Notes: a model not told the origin generated them from the sequence alone. Counted from the first letter of the stretch, positions 50,124 through 60,718 are shown. The stretch: DNA of 64,000 bases from an uncultured Clostridia bacterium (GCA_944390365.1 CALXPW010000004.1:23491-87490), one strand, 5' to 3'. Program-made: numbers and translations.

Positions 50124-50381
50124 TTATAATTGAATATCATCTGTAATTTCTATTTCTTTAAATAAAAAGTTTTTTACCTTTTCTCCTGTTATTTCATAGA
50201 ATAGAAAGTCGTGAACATTCTGTCCTGTAATTTCTTGTGTCCAAAAATCATGTACTTCTTGGAAAACTTTTTCTTGCTTTGGAGTTAATTCAAGAGATAT
50301 ATCTTGGCATAAGAAATTTCTTATTTTTGTCCATACACTTACTTCTGTTGGTAAATTATTTGAATTTACACGATTATCCAT
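50124..50381 (-). CDS. 85-aa hypothetical protein with three internal ~11-aa repeats
   Basis: VHDFWTQEITG / VHDFLFYEITG / VKNFLFKEIEI. Confidence 0.45.
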   Translation of the reverse strand: MDNRVNSNNLPTEVSVWTKIRNFLCQDISLELTPKQEKVFQEVHDFWTQEITGQNVHDFLFYEITGEKVKNFLFKEIEITDDIQL

Positions 50382-50530
50382 AATTTATTTCCTCCTTCGT
50401 GGTCTAAATAATAATTATTACTATATTTATACTACATTTTTTTTTATAAATCAAGTAAATTTTATTTGTATTTTCAAATTTTCAGTTTAAAAATTCTTGT
50501 AATGCTTTATTCCTAAGCTTTTTGGAAATT

Positions 50531-50570
50531 TGTTACATTTTCATTACATGTTTGTTACAAAAATGTTACA
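50531..50570 (+). promoter_or_regulatory. four perfectly 11-bp-phased TGTTACA-type repeats (opposite orientation to the other modules)
   Basis: tgttaca at 50531, cattaca at 50542, tgttaca at 50553, tgttaca at 50564. It lies immediately 3' of the spoVT stop (50576). Confidence 0.35.
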
Positions 50571-50575
50571 TACGA

Positions 50576-51130
50576 TTATATTTCCATTTGTCTTCCTAAA
50601 AATGTCGCTGCTGATTGTACAACCTTTTGTTCAACCTCAGACATCTTTGTTCCTTTGTCCTTTGCCAAAAGAATTACGGTTCCTATTGTATCTCCGTCTG
50701 ATATTATGGGATATACTACTTGCGAATTAAATTTTCTTTCTCTATTATCATTTTTGGTAATGGGTACTGATATATCATTATTTTCTTTGCTAGTATATTT
50801 TTCTTTGTCTTCCATTATTTTTTCTAGTTCTTCACTTATGCCTTGCTCTAAAAATTCTTTTTTTGGTCCACCAGACACAGCAATTACTGTATCTCTATCT
50901 GTAATACACGCAATATGTCCAGTTGTCTTAGCAAGTGTTTCTGCATATTCAGTAGCAAATTCTGAAAGTTCACCTATAGGTGAATATTTTTTTAGTATAA
51001 CTTCTCCCTCTTTATCAGTAAATATTTCTAAAGGATCTCCTTCTTTTATTCTTAAAGTTTTACGTATTTCTTTTGGTATAACTACTCTACCTAAATCATC
51101 TATTCTTCTTACAACACCTGTTGCTTTCAT
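50576..51130 (-). CDS. spoVT: stage V sporulation protein T (AbrB-family regulator)
   Basis: MKATGVVRRIDDLGRVVIPKEIRKTLRIKEGDPLEIFTDKEGEVILKKYSP, plus a GAF-like C-terminal half. Confidence 0.9.
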   Translation of the reverse strand: MKATGVVRRIDDLGRVVIPKEIRKTLRIKEGDPLEIFTDKEGEVILKKYSPIGELSEFATEYAETLAKTTGHIACITDRDTVIAVSGGPKKEFLEQGISEELEKIMEDKEKYTSKENNDISVPITKNDNRERKFNSQVVYPIISDGDTIGTVILLAKDKGTKMSEVEQKVVQSAATFLGRQMEI

Positions 51131-51206
51131 AATTTTCCTCCTTTTAAATTTTATGTCTATTCTTATTATTACAAAAGAGGAAAATTTTATTCAACTTTTT
51201 TTAATC

Positions 51207-51315
51207 GTGGACAAGAGGGACACTCCTTTTTGTCCACACTCACTATATTATCATAAATAGTAAATCATATAAAAAAATTAAAGTGTGGACAAAAAGGAGT
51301 GTCCCTCTTGTCCAC
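51207..51315. repeat. inverted doublet (REPIN-like) of S-family elements
   Basis: gtggacaagagggacactcctttttgtccac (51207-51237) and its exact reverse complement gtggacaaaaaggagtgtccctcttgtccac (51285-51315), separated by 47 AT-rich bp. Confidence 0.85.
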
Positions 51316-51321
51316 GATTCA

Positions 51322-53310
51322 TTACTCAGTAATTTCAACTTGCTCTACTTGGCTTCCTTGTTCTGTTTTATACTCCTTTATTACATTTCCAAGTTCGTCA
51401 GCAAAATCTTGAAGTATGACTAATTTTATTGTTGGTTGTTTTCCATCAATATAGTCGTCCATAACTTGTTTTAATTTTTTCAAATTTGGCAATTCATCTT
51501 GTAACTGTTCTCCAAATCTTTTTGCTCTATCCATAAGTTTTTCTTTTATTGTTACAATATCTTCATTGCTAGCACATGAAATTCTTTGGAACATTTGGAA
51601 TACGTCATAATATTTAAATATTGGAACTTGCATACATTCTTTATCAAATTTTTCATAAAATTGTTCCATTTTCATTGGTATATACTTAAATACTTCTTCT
51701 GCCTTTTCTTTGTACATCTTGTCTTCTAGTTGTGCATTTATATTATTAAAATGATTTAGAATTTCTTCCATATCTTCGGACTTATCCTCTTCTATTGCTA
51801 AACTTGCAAGCTCCTCTTCTACATTAGGACAGTAGCTAGAAGTTAATGAAGATATATTCATTCCGTTTAAGAATACACTTTTTATTGTTCTCATATCATA
51901 ATCTATAAGACCTTTTCTTACAAAGTGTGCAAAGTACGCAAATAGCTTTACTACATTTATAAGTTCTATTCTACCGTTTTTTACATCATCCAATACTTCA
52001 GTTACAACTCCACTAAATTGGTCATCAGATATTTTCCAGTATTCTTCTGTAAGTAGTCTCTTATAGCCTGGCAATTTGTCTGTATCTACCGTATTTATTA
52101 TTGATTCCATGTCTCTTTTAAATACTTTCATGTCAAATATACGTGTACGCACATATAGTTCTATAAATTTGAAGAATCTATATTCAGCTTTAAAATTATA
52201 GTAGTAGTTATTATCAAATTCTTTTATATAGAATTGTCTGTTATCCATAAATACTCTTGAAGAAACAAGTATTGCTTTGTATTCTTCGTTATCATTGATA
52301 TTTACAAATTTATCTTTTGTAATTTTACCCGCTTTAATTTCAAAAGATATTGCAATTGTAAATATTAGCATTGTTTGTAATACTCTATGATTTGTATTTG
52401 GATATGATTTATTTACTTCATCAAAAATTTTCTTGAAGTTAGTTAATGAGTGTTTTAAAATTCTAAGATTTCTAGTTCCACTTTTATTGAAAGTAGAAAT
52501 AATAAGGTTTGTGTTTTCCCTTAAAAATCTAATTAAATCAGGACAATTTTCATATCTCATTAAAAGACCATTTATAATATACGTAAATTCTGGTGCATAT
52601 TCAAAGGTTTCACCAATTAACTTTTCTTTAATTCTTTCATAGTCGTTTGCTTTATCAAAAACATATTCAATAGTATCACGAATTCTTTCAACCATTGGCT
52701 TGTCTGTTTTTATATTAAGCTTATTTTCCTTGTCTAAAAGATATGTTGCTATAAATGTTTTCATTTCTAAGTTACTATTTTTTAGTTTTGTAGATAGTTC
52801 TTTTTCATTACATATAATTATTGTTTTTATATGGTCATGTTCAACAAAATTATTGATATAACCTAAAATATCAATAACATCTACGTTTGCTCTCTCTAAG
52901 TCATCAAAGCATAGAACTTTATCGTCTGTAGAAAAGAATTGACCATAATCTATTCTATCTCCATTTTGTGTAACACCAAAAAAATTTGCCATATCAAGAC
53001 CTGTTTTAGCATATTCTGGTATGTTTTTTACTCCACTTGCGTCCATAAACTTTTTTAAGTTTTTATCCATAAGTTGAGTTGTCTCAATAAATATTTTTTT
53101 ACTTATTTCTTCTAGGTTTGATATACCATATAATGACATATATATTGCAGTATATCTCTTTCCATTTAATTGCATTGATTCTATTTTTGGCCTTATTTTA
53201 TTATTCCAAAAATAGGTTTTTCCACTTCCCCATTCACCATTTATCATTATGGCATAATCTGTATAGTCTGATCTTATATAGTCTAAAATACTCTCAACTA
53301 AATCTTCCAT
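51322..53310 (-). CDS. KAP-family P-loop NTPase
   Basis: 662 aa. AIMINGEWGSGKTYFWNNKI (the KAP-type Walker A) and VLCFDDLERANVD (Walker B). Confidence 0.7.
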   Translation of the reverse strand: MEDLVESILDYIRSDYTDYAIMINGEWGSGKTYFWNNKIRPKIESMQLNGKRYTAIYMSLYGISNLEEISKKIFIETTQLMDKNLKKFMDASGVKNIPEYAKTGLDMANFFGVTQNGDRIDYGQFFSTDDKVLCFDDLERANVDVIDILGYINNFVEHDHIKTIIICNEKELSTKLKNSNLEMKTFIATYLLDKENKLNIKTDKPMVERIRDTIEYVFDKANDYERIKEKLIGETFEYAPEFTYIINGLLMRYENCPDLIRFLRENTNLIISTFNKSGTRNLRILKHSLTNFKKIFDEVNKSYPNTNHRVLQTMLIFTIAISFEIKAGKITKDKFVNINDNEEYKAILVSSRVFMDNRQFYIKEFDNNYYYNFKAEYRFFKFIELYVRTRIFDMKVFKRDMESIINTVDTDKLPGYKRLLTEEYWKISDDQFSGVVTEVLDDVKNGRIELINVVKLFAYFAHFVRKGLIDYDMRTIKSVFLNGMNISSLTSSYCPNVEEELASLAIEEDKSEDMEEILNHFNNINAQLEDKMYKEKAEEVFKYIPMKMEQFYEKFDKECMQVPIFKYYDVFQMFQRISCASNEDIVTIKEKLMDRAKRFGEQLQDELPNLKKLKQVMDDYIDGKQPTIKLVILQDFADELGNVIKEYKTEQGSQVEQVEITE

Positions 53311-53331
53311 TCGTTTCTCCTTTCTCTCTAT

Positions 53332-54003
53332 CTAATCCTTTGCTAATGTCAATATGCCAAATTGCTTTACATTTGCTTTTAATATTTCTTTTTTACACGC
53401 TTCTATAGTAGCTCCGGTTGTATATATATCGTCAAAAATCAAAACCTTCTTATTGTATATTTTTTCTTTATTTATTAACTTATATACATCCTTTACATTA
53501 TTTTTTCTATCTTCCTTGTTTAGGCTACTTTGAACTTTATTATTTTTTACTTTTTTTAAAACATCTGTAAAGATTTCAATTTCTGCTTTTTTAGCCAGTT
53601 CTTTTGCAATAAGTTCACTTTGGTTATAACCTCTTAGTGCTTTTTTCTTATTATGCATTGGAACTGGAATTATTATATCATAACTTTTTATAAAATCAAA
53701 AGCTTTTTTATTTTTTACAATAAATTCACAAAAAGTTTTGTATAAATACGATTTATTATTAAATTTGTATTGAATAATAAGTTTTCGTATTAGCTCTTTG
53801 TATTGAAATATATGTAATCTATCTATATCACTATTTATGCTCTTTATATTATTTACATCTATATTTTTATAATCATTATGGCATATTGCATATTTTTCTA
53901 AGATTTTTCCACATTTTTCGCACAAATATCCTTCTCCTAATTTACCACAAACTCCACAACTTGGTAAAAAAATATATTCGAGAGCTTTTTCTAAAAGATT
54001 CAT
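53332..54003 (-). CDS. comFC: ComF-family protein (ComFC-like phosphoribosyltransferase fold)
   Basis: N-terminal Cys4 (CGVCGK..CEKCGK). C-terminal PRTase motif VLIFDDIYTTGATIEAC. Confidence 0.8.
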   Translation of the reverse strand: MNLLEKALEYIFLPSCGVCGKLGEGYLCEKCGKILEKYAICHNDYKNIDVNNIKSINSDIDRLHIFQYKELIRKLIIQYKFNNKSYLYKTFCEFIVKNKKAFDFIKSYDIIIPVPMHNKKKALRGYNQSELIAKELAKKAEIEIFTDVLKKVKNNKVQSSLNKEDRKNNVKDVYKLINKEKIYNKKVLIFDDIYTTGATIEACKKEILKANVKQFGILTLAKD

Positions 54004-54051
54004 TTCTTCCTCCTAAAATATTCCCCCGAATATCTATTTTTTATAAAAGAC

Positions 54052-56387
54052 TTACATATTTATCATTTTAAAAGCCAATCCAGTATTTCTTTTTTTATTG
54101 TCATTGTTATTTATCATAAAGTCTATTATGTTTTTACTGCCTATAATAATTAGTAACTTTTTTGCTCTAGTCATACCTGTATAAAGCAAATTTCTTGTAA
54201 GTAACATTGGTGCAGTTTGTGAAATAGGCATTATTACTACATCAAATTCACTTCCGTTGTGCTTTATGAACAGTTATGGCATACGCATGCTCTATTTGTT
54301 CTAATTCAGTATATTGATACCAAACCTGCTTGTCGTCATCGAACTTGATTTTTACTTGCTTGTTAAAGTCATCTATTTTTTCTATTGTTCCAAACTCGCC
54401 GTTGAACACGCCACTTCCACTTTCAAAAATCGGTTCTTTACGCTCCCAATAAATATCATAGTTATTTTTAACTTGCATTATTCTATCGCCCTCTCTAAAA
54501 AGGCTATCTCCAAACTTTTTCTCCTTTTTTGTATCAGATAGTGGATTTACAGTATCTTGCAACAATTTATTTAATTCTTTTGTTCCCAATTCTCCCTTTT
54601 TAGTTGGAGTTATAATTTGTATGTTTTTAAAGAAATCATAATCGCCATAGCTTTTCAGCCTTTCTCCACTCAAAGATAAAACATTATATAAAATTTTATC
54701 TTTTTTAGTTTCATTTACAAAAAAGAAATCTTCTAAAAATCCTCCATTTTTATTTTCTTGCGTTGTTTCTTCATTTTCAAAATTGTTTATCTCCTCTTTA
54801 GTTATAAAGCCTTTGCCTTCATTTACTCTATGCGCATTTACAATAATTTTGCTCTTAGCAGCTTGTCTAAAGATTTTGTTAAGCCTTATTGTGGTTATTT
54901 TTTCAGATTCAATAATATCTTTTAAAACATTACCTGGTCCAACTGATGGCAACTGATCAATATCACCCACCAAAACTAGTTTAGTTCCTTTGTATAAAGC
55001 TTTGCACAAATAATTCATTAAAAACAAATCTACCATTGACATCTCATCTACAATTACTATATCTCCATCAATAGGTGCAACTGAAATATCCGAATTTATT
55101 CCTTGTGTTTCATCCGAAATCTTTCCTATCTCTAGCAATCTATGTAAAGTACTTGCCTCATTTCCTGTTGCTTCTGTCATTTTCTTAGCAGCTCTTCCCG
55201 TCGGAGCACAAAGCACAGGTTTCATTTCATTATGCTTAAATATATCTATTATGGTTTTTATTATTGTAGTCTTACCAGTACCAGGTCCGTCCAGTTATAA
55301 CGCAAACATTATTATCATTTATTGCACTTATCGCTTCTATTTGCTTTTCTGATAGTTCTATACTAGATTTTTCTTCAAATAACTCTAACTCTTTCTCAAA
55401 TCTATCTATTTTTTTAACATTTTTGTATTCGTCTAGCTCAATCAAACGCCTTGCCACATTCTCTTCTGCCTTATAGTATTGATATAAATATACCCACTCT
55501 TCTCCATCTCTTTCTTCAAGTACAATGTCTTCTTTTGCTTTTAAATTGATAATAGAGTCTTCTATATCATTTTCACTAACTCCAAGTAATTTTTTAACAA
55601 AGTCAATTAAACCTTCGTATCTAGTGCAACAGTGACCATTATATGTCATACGTATTAAAGCATGTTTAATACCACTTCTAATTCTTTTTTCATTATTATA
55701 TTCGAACCCTAAATTAAGTGCCATCTTATCAATTTGCTCAAAATTAACTTTATTTACCAAATCCACTAAAATGTATGGATTACTCTCTATCTCATCAATT
55801 GCATTTACGCCAAGTGCTTTATAAATCTTCTCTGCGTTTTGTGGTCCTATGCCAAACTTGTCTAAAAAGCCGACTAGTTGCCAAACTTCCCAATTTTCTA
55901 TAAATGTATTTGCTATCTCTATTGCTCTATCTTTTGTTATTCCTTTAATTTGTGCTAACTTAGCTGGCTCAAACTTAAACACATTTAAAGTATCCTCTCC
56001 AAAAGTTTCAACAATATTTCTTGCAGTGGCAGGTCCAATACCTTTAATTCCACAATTTGCCAAATAGCGTTCTAAAGCTTTTGTGGTTTGAGGCATCATT
56101 TTTTCAAAAGTATCTACCTTAAATTGTAAACCATACTCTTGATGTTCCACAAACTTTCCAAAAACTTTAAGAGTATCTCCTACATTTATAAACGGTAAAT
56201 ACCCAACTATAGTCATTTCATCATCCAAATCATCTATGCTATTAAACTCGTCAGTAATGCCAATTTGATCAGACATTTCTTTTTTATTTTTTTTAATTAT
56301 ATCTTTATCTAATTTTAAAACAGCTATACAATAGCTATTTAAATCGTTTTTATAAATTATTTCAATAACTTCACCTTGTAATTCCAA
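54052..56387 (-). CDS. recD2: RecD2-type SF1B DNA helicase, split by two in-frame CGG-A sites
   Basis: ORFs 55272-56387 and 54248-55225 plus an unlisted tail join when the C at 55289 and the C at 54256 are skipped. This gives ..NNVCVITG-G-PGTGKTTIIKTIIDIF (Walker A) and ..YAITVHKAQ-G-SEFDVVIMPISQTAPMLLTRNLLYTGMTRAKKLLIIIG..*, with the stop at 54052-54054. The joined product is about 777 aa. Confidence 0.8.
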
Positions 56388-56403
56388 TGTATGTACCTCT
56401 TTT

Positions 56404-56500
56404 TTGTCATGTTTGGGGACAGTCTCTTTTGCGACAAACTTGTCATGTTTAGGGACAGGTCTGTATGGGACAATGTTGTCATCTATGGGGACAGGTCTGT
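56404..56500 (+). repeat. REP array (forward orientation, about 2.5 units)
   Basis: ttgtcatgtttggggacagtctcttttgcgacaaacttgtcatgtttagggacaggtctgtatgggacaatgttgtcatctatggggacaggtctgt. Confidence 0.85.
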
Positions 56501-56563
56501 ATTTTTAGCCTAAGCCTATCATTCTGTACGAATTATATCATAATATAGAATCATTTACAATGT

Positions 56564-56920
56564 TTAATTGACCTCTTTTATGTTATCAATTACTTCCTTG
56601 CATTCTTTCCAATTTACAACTTTTATCTCATCATAATCTTTGCTAAGTTTATTTAAAATTTTCATAGTATCATCAGTAGAATCCAAGTCTGTTACAATCA
56701 CGTCTTTCACACAATCTTCTTTGCCATACATTATCCTAAAAAGTATAGTACGCAAGAATCCTTCTATTTTGTTTTCTTGATTTTTAGCAGCGATTATTAT
56801 ATAGATACCATCTGATTTTAAATTTGTATATGTACAAATATATATAATATTCTTAATAATTTCAAAAAGGCCATAAAGTGCAAGTGTCCATAATATCCCA
56901 TTTAATATAAAATCAAGCAT
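56564..56920 (-). CDS. 118-aa membrane-anchored hypothetical protein (GT-A-like fragment?)
   Basis: A TM helix, then IYIIIAAKNQENKIEGFLRTI...VIVTDLDSTDDT, which is reminiscent of the start of family-2 glycosyltransferases. It is bracketed by inverted REP arrays. Confidence 0.45.
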   Translation of the reverse strand: MLDFILNGILWTLALYGLFEIIKNIIYICTYTNLKSDGIYIIIAAKNQENKIEGFLRTILFRIMYGKEDCVKDVIVTDLDSTDDTMKILNKLSKDYDEIKVVNWKECKEVIDNIKEVN

Positions 56921-57032
56921 TATATTACCTCCAATTTATATTTGTTATATGATTTATCTAATTTACTACAATCAAATAATTATTGGTTATAATATAATAT
57001 GTATTATATCTAATTTTAGTTAATCTTTTATC

Positions 57033-57123
57033 AGACCTGTCCCTTAATATGACATATATGTCTCAAATAGACCCGTCCCCAAAAGTGCCATTTGGCACTT
57101 TTGTGACAGGCACCTGAGTGCCA
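57033..57123 (-). repeat. REP/BIME-like mosaic (reverse orientation)
   Basis: cagacctgtccc..gacatatatgtctcaaatagacccgtccccaaaagtgccatttggcacttttgtgacaggcacctgagtgcc. Confidence 0.85.
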
Positions 57124-57150
57124 AAAAAAGAAGCAACATTATTGTTGCCC
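57122..57150 (-). terminator. rho-independent terminator after rplQ
   Basis: On the minus strand: GGGGGCAACA-ATAA-TGTTGCTTC, followed by TTTTTTT. Confidence 0.65.
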
Positions 57151-57168
57151 CCTTATATTTCATTCATC

Positions 57169-57693
57169 TTATACTAATTGTAATATAACTACTTCTGCTG
57201 CGTCTCCTCTTCTTTGTCCAAGTTTTAAGATTCTTGTGTATCCTCCAACTCTTCCTTCATATTTAGGAGCTATTTCGTTGAATAGTTTTGCAGTTAAGTC
57301 TATATTTTTTCCATCTTCATCTTTTACTTTATTTAATGTTTTCATCATTTTTCTTCTTGCACTTAATCTTGATGGCATATCTTTTTGTCTTTTTTCAGTA
57401 GTCTCTTCTCTAACTACTCTTAGATATTCTTTACCGTTTTTGCTTTTTACAAGCTCTGTTACTTTATTTCCCTTGCTATCTAGTTTTGCTTTTGAAACTT
57501 TTACATCAACTGTTTCAAAATTGTCCTTTTCTTTCATTGCTAGAGAAATTAAGCTATCAGCTATTGCTTTTACTTCTTTTGCTCTAGCTTCTGTTGTTTC
57601 TACTTTTCCGTGTAGAATTAAATCAGTAGTTAGAGTTCTTAGCATAGCTAATCTAATGTCAGTTGTTTTACCTAATTTTCTATTAGTTGCCAC
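57169..57693 (-). CDS. rplQ: 50S ribosomal protein L17, unusually long (174 aa)
   Basis: N-terminus: [38 protein letters not shown]-terminus: [38 protein letters not shown]. About 55 extra Lys/Glu-rich residues lie between them. Confidence 0.9.
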   Translation of the reverse strand: MATNRKLGKTTDIRLAMLRTLTTDLILHGKVETTEARAKEVKAIADSLISLAMKEKDNFETVDVKVSKAKLDSKGNKVTELVKSKNGKEYLRVVREETTEKRQKDMPSRLSARRKMMKTLNKVKDEDGKNIDLTAKLFNEIAPKYEGRVGGYTRILKLGQRRGDAAEVVILQLV

Positions 57694-57723
57694 TTTATTT
57701 CCCTCCTCTTTATGGTTATTGCT

Positions 57724-58671
57724 TTATTCATCATCTCTTCTAAAATCTAATCCTAATGCATGAAGTTTGTTAGTTACTTCATCTAAAGATTTCTTTCCTA
57801 GGTTTCTAACTTTCATCATATCTGCTTCAGATTTGTTTGTTAAATCTTCAACAGTAGATATTCCTGCTCTTTTTAAGCAGTTAAATGATCTTACTGATAA
57901 TTCAAGATCTTCTATTGACATTTCTAATACTCTTTCTTTCTTGTTTTCTTCTTTTTCAACCATTACTTGAGTATTTTTTGCTGTTTCTGATAAGTCTATA
58001 AATAACTCTAGATGTCCTGTCATAACCTTTGCAGCTAAACTTAATGCCTCATAAGGTTTTAAACTTCCATCTGTCCATACTTCTATTGTTAATTTATCAT
58101 AATCTACTCTTTGTCCAACTCTTGTATTTTCAACAGAGTAATTTACTTTTTTAACTGGTGTATAGATTGAGTCTATTGGTAGAACGCCTATTGGTTGATC
58201 TGGTTTCTTGTTTTTCTCTGCGTTATTGTATCCTCTACCCATATCAGCTGTTAGTTCCATCTTTAGTGTTCCACCCTCTGAAACTGTTGCTATATGTAAA
58301 TCTGGATTTAATATTTCTACTGTTCCATCTGTAATTATATCTCCTGCCTTTACTTCTCCAGGCTCTCTGACATCTATTCTTAATGTTTTTTCTTCATTCT
58401 TGTCTAATTTTAATCTAACATTTTTTAGATTTATAATAATTTCTGGAACATCTTCTACAACATTTGGTATTGTAGAAAACTCATGTAAAACACCTTCTAT
58501 CTTTACACTTGTAATAGCACTTCCAGGAAGTGAAGATAGTAATATTCTTCTTAGCGAATTTCCTATTGTTATGCCATATCCTCTTTCTAATGGTTCACAT
58601 ACAAATTTTGCATAGTTACTATCATTATCAATTTCTAAGCATTTGATATTTGGTCTTTCAAATTCTATCAT
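57724..58671 (-). CDS. rpoA: DNA-directed RNA polymerase subunit alpha
   Basis: 315 aa. ..[36 protein letters not shown].. and the C-terminal domain [22 protein letters not shown]. Confidence 0.95.
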   Translation of the reverse strand: MIEFERPNIKCLEIDNDSNYAKFVCEPLERGYGITIGNSLRRILLSSLPGSAITSVKIEGVLHEFSTIPNVVEDVPEIIINLKNVRLKLDKNEEKTLRIDVREPGEVKAGDIITDGTVEILNPDLHIATVSEGGTLKMELTADMGRGYNNAEKNKKPDQPIGVLPIDSIYTPVKKVNYSVENTRVGQRVDYDKLTIEVWTDGSLKPYEALSLAAKVMTGHLELFIDLSETAKNTQVMVEKEENKKERVLEMSIEDLELSVRSFNCLKRAGISTVEDLTNKSEADMMKVRNLGKKSLDEVTNKLHALGLDFRRDDE

Positions 58672-58806
58672 TTTTACCTCCTAATTTTTAGAAGTTAGAG
58701 GTTGGTAGTCAAATCTTTATTTAACTTTTACCCTACTTCATCATTTATTTAATTTTAGAAATTCTGCCTTTCTAATTTCTAAATTTTTTCATCTAACTTC
58801 TAGCTA

Positions 58807-59433
58807 TTATTTAGAGTAAAGCTCTACTATTAAGTGCTCTTCTACTGGTAGATCAACTTCTTCTCTTTCTGCTAATCTAACAACTTTACCACTTAATTTT
58901 TCAGCATCTTTTTCAAGCCAAGCTGGAACTGGTCTTGCTATGTTTTCTTCCACATTAACTTTTATAGCTCCATTGTCTTTTCTAATTTCTCTTACAGAAA
59001 CTACATCTCCTGCTTTTACTAAATATGATGGTATATCAACTTTATGTCCATTTACTTCAAAAGCACCATGTGTTATAAGCATTCTTGCTTGTGCTCTTGA
59101 ACTTCCGAAACCTAATCTATATACTACATTATCTAATCTACTTTCTAATATTTGAAGTAATACTTCACCAGTAATGCCTTTTTCTGTTAAAGCCATTTCA
59201 AAGTATTTTCTAAATTGTTTTTCACTTACTCCATAGTAAGCTTTAGTTTTTTGTTTTTCTCTTAATTGTGTACCATATTCAGAAAGTTTTTTCTTCTTTT
59301 GACCATTTTGTCCTGGTGCATAATTTCTTCTTGAAATGCTACATTTGTCTGTATAACATCTTGAACCTTTTAAAAACAATTTTTGTCCTTCTCTACGGCA
59401 AATACGGCATTGTTCATCTTTATATCTTGCCAT
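58807..59433 (-). CDS. rpsD: 30S ribosomal protein S4
   Basis: [31 protein letters not shown]...[14 protein letters not shown]. Confidence 0.95.
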   Translation of the reverse strand: MARYKDEQCRICRREGQKLFLKGSRCYTDKCSISRRNYAPGQNGQKKKKLSEYGTQLREKQKTKAYYGVSEKQFRKYFEMALTEKGITGEVLLQILESRLDNVVYRLGFGSSRAQARMLITHGAFEVNGHKVDIPSYLVKAGDVVSVREIRKDNGAIKVNVEENIARPVPAWLEKDAEKLSGKVVRLAEREEVDLPVEEHLIVELYSK

Positions 59434-59466
59434 TTTTAATTTTCACCTTCCTATAAATTTTTTTAA

Positions 59467-59862
59467 TTATACTCTACGTCTTTTTGGTGGTCTACAACCA
59501 TTATGTGGTATTGGAGTTACATCCTTAATACTACTAATTTCTAATCCTGCTGATTGTAATGACCTAATTGCTGCTTCACGTCCAGAACCTGGTCCTTTAA
59601 CATAAACTTCTACTGTTTTTAGTCCATGTTCCATTGCTGCTTTAGCTGCTGTTTCAGCTGCTTCTCCAGCTGCAAATGGTGTACTTTTTCTTGAACCTTT
59701 AAATCCAAGTTCTCCGGCACTTGCCCAAGATAATACATTACCTTGAGTATCGCTTATTGTAACTATTGTATTGTTAAAACTAGAATGAATATGAGCCATA
59801 CCTTTTTCGATATTTTTTCTATCTCTTCTTCTAGTTACTTTTTTTGTTACATTTTTAGCCAT
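59467..59862 (-). CDS. rpsK: 30S ribosomal protein S11
   Basis: ..[45 protein letters not shown].. Confidence 0.95.
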   Translation of the reverse strand: MAKNVTKKVTRRRDRKNIEKGMAHIHSSFNNTIVTISDTQGNVLSWASAGELGFKGSRKSTPFAAGEAAETAAKAAMEHGLKTVEVYVKGPGSGREAAIRSLQSAGLEISSIKDVTPIPHNGCRPPKRRRV

Positions 59863-60136
59863 TTTAGTTTTTCCTCCTTTTTAGAATTATTACTATTATG
59901 TAAAACTTTTTATTTTTTAATTTTTTAGAAAACTAATTTTCTTTTTATTCTTTGGTTTTAATTAAAATTTCAAAACAAATCAAAAGCTATTTTATTCTTT
60001 AATTTATTTTCATAATTCGAATTAGAAGCGAGTATAACAAGGCAACCGAGCAATTTTTTTTGAAACTATACGCATTGTATGTCGAAAAAAAATTATGCGA
60101 TGGTTAACGCAGTTAGACGAAGCTTATAATTTGAAT

Positions 60137-60505
60137 TTAAGCTTTTTTGCTTTTACTAACAAGCTTCCTAGGACCTTTTCTTGTACGAGCATTAGTTTTT
60201 GTTCTTTGTCCTCTAACAGGTAAGCCTTTTCTATGTCTTAATCCTCTGTAGCATCCTATTTCTGTTAATCTTTTAATATTTAAAGCAACTTCTCTACGTA
60301 AATCGCCTTCTACTTTATAACCTTCCATAGCTTTTCTTATTGCTGCTACTTGGTCATCTGTTAAATCTTTAACTCTTGTATCTGGATTTACATTTGCTGC
60401 TTTTAATATTTTTTGTGAGCTTGTTAAACCTATACCATATATATATGTTAATCCAATCTCAACTCTTTTTTCTCTAGGTAAATCAATTCCTGCTAAACGA
60501 GCCAT
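60137..60505 (-). CDS. rpsM: 30S ribosomal protein S13
   Basis: [34 protein letters not shown]... Confidence 0.95.
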   Translation of the reverse strand: MARLAGIDLPREKRVEIGLTYIYGIGLTSSQKILKAANVNPDTRVKDLTDDQVAAIRKAMEGYKVEGDLRREVALNIKRLTEIGCYRGLRHRKGLPVRGQRTKTNARTRKGPRKLVSKSKKA

Positions 60506-60718
60506 AATTTTTTTAGCACCTCCACTTTGTTTTCTTTATTTAATTTTGGTTTGTTTGGACTTTATTAAAGGTGAAATGCACCAGCCTGCTACCACGCCAG
60601 TCTTTAATATGTTTTCAAACAATATATTAAACACAAATTCGATATATAACTGTTAGATTATACTCTAACAGTTACAGCCGCAATCTAATTTGTGTTATTA
60701 ACAATTTAGGTAATTTTA

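Noticed and set aside
50531-50570. The TGTTACA repeats could be PhoP (TTnACA), Spo0A (TGTCGAA) or cre boxes.
   Set aside because: The heptamer does not match any of these consensus sequences closely enough, so I leave the factor unassigned.
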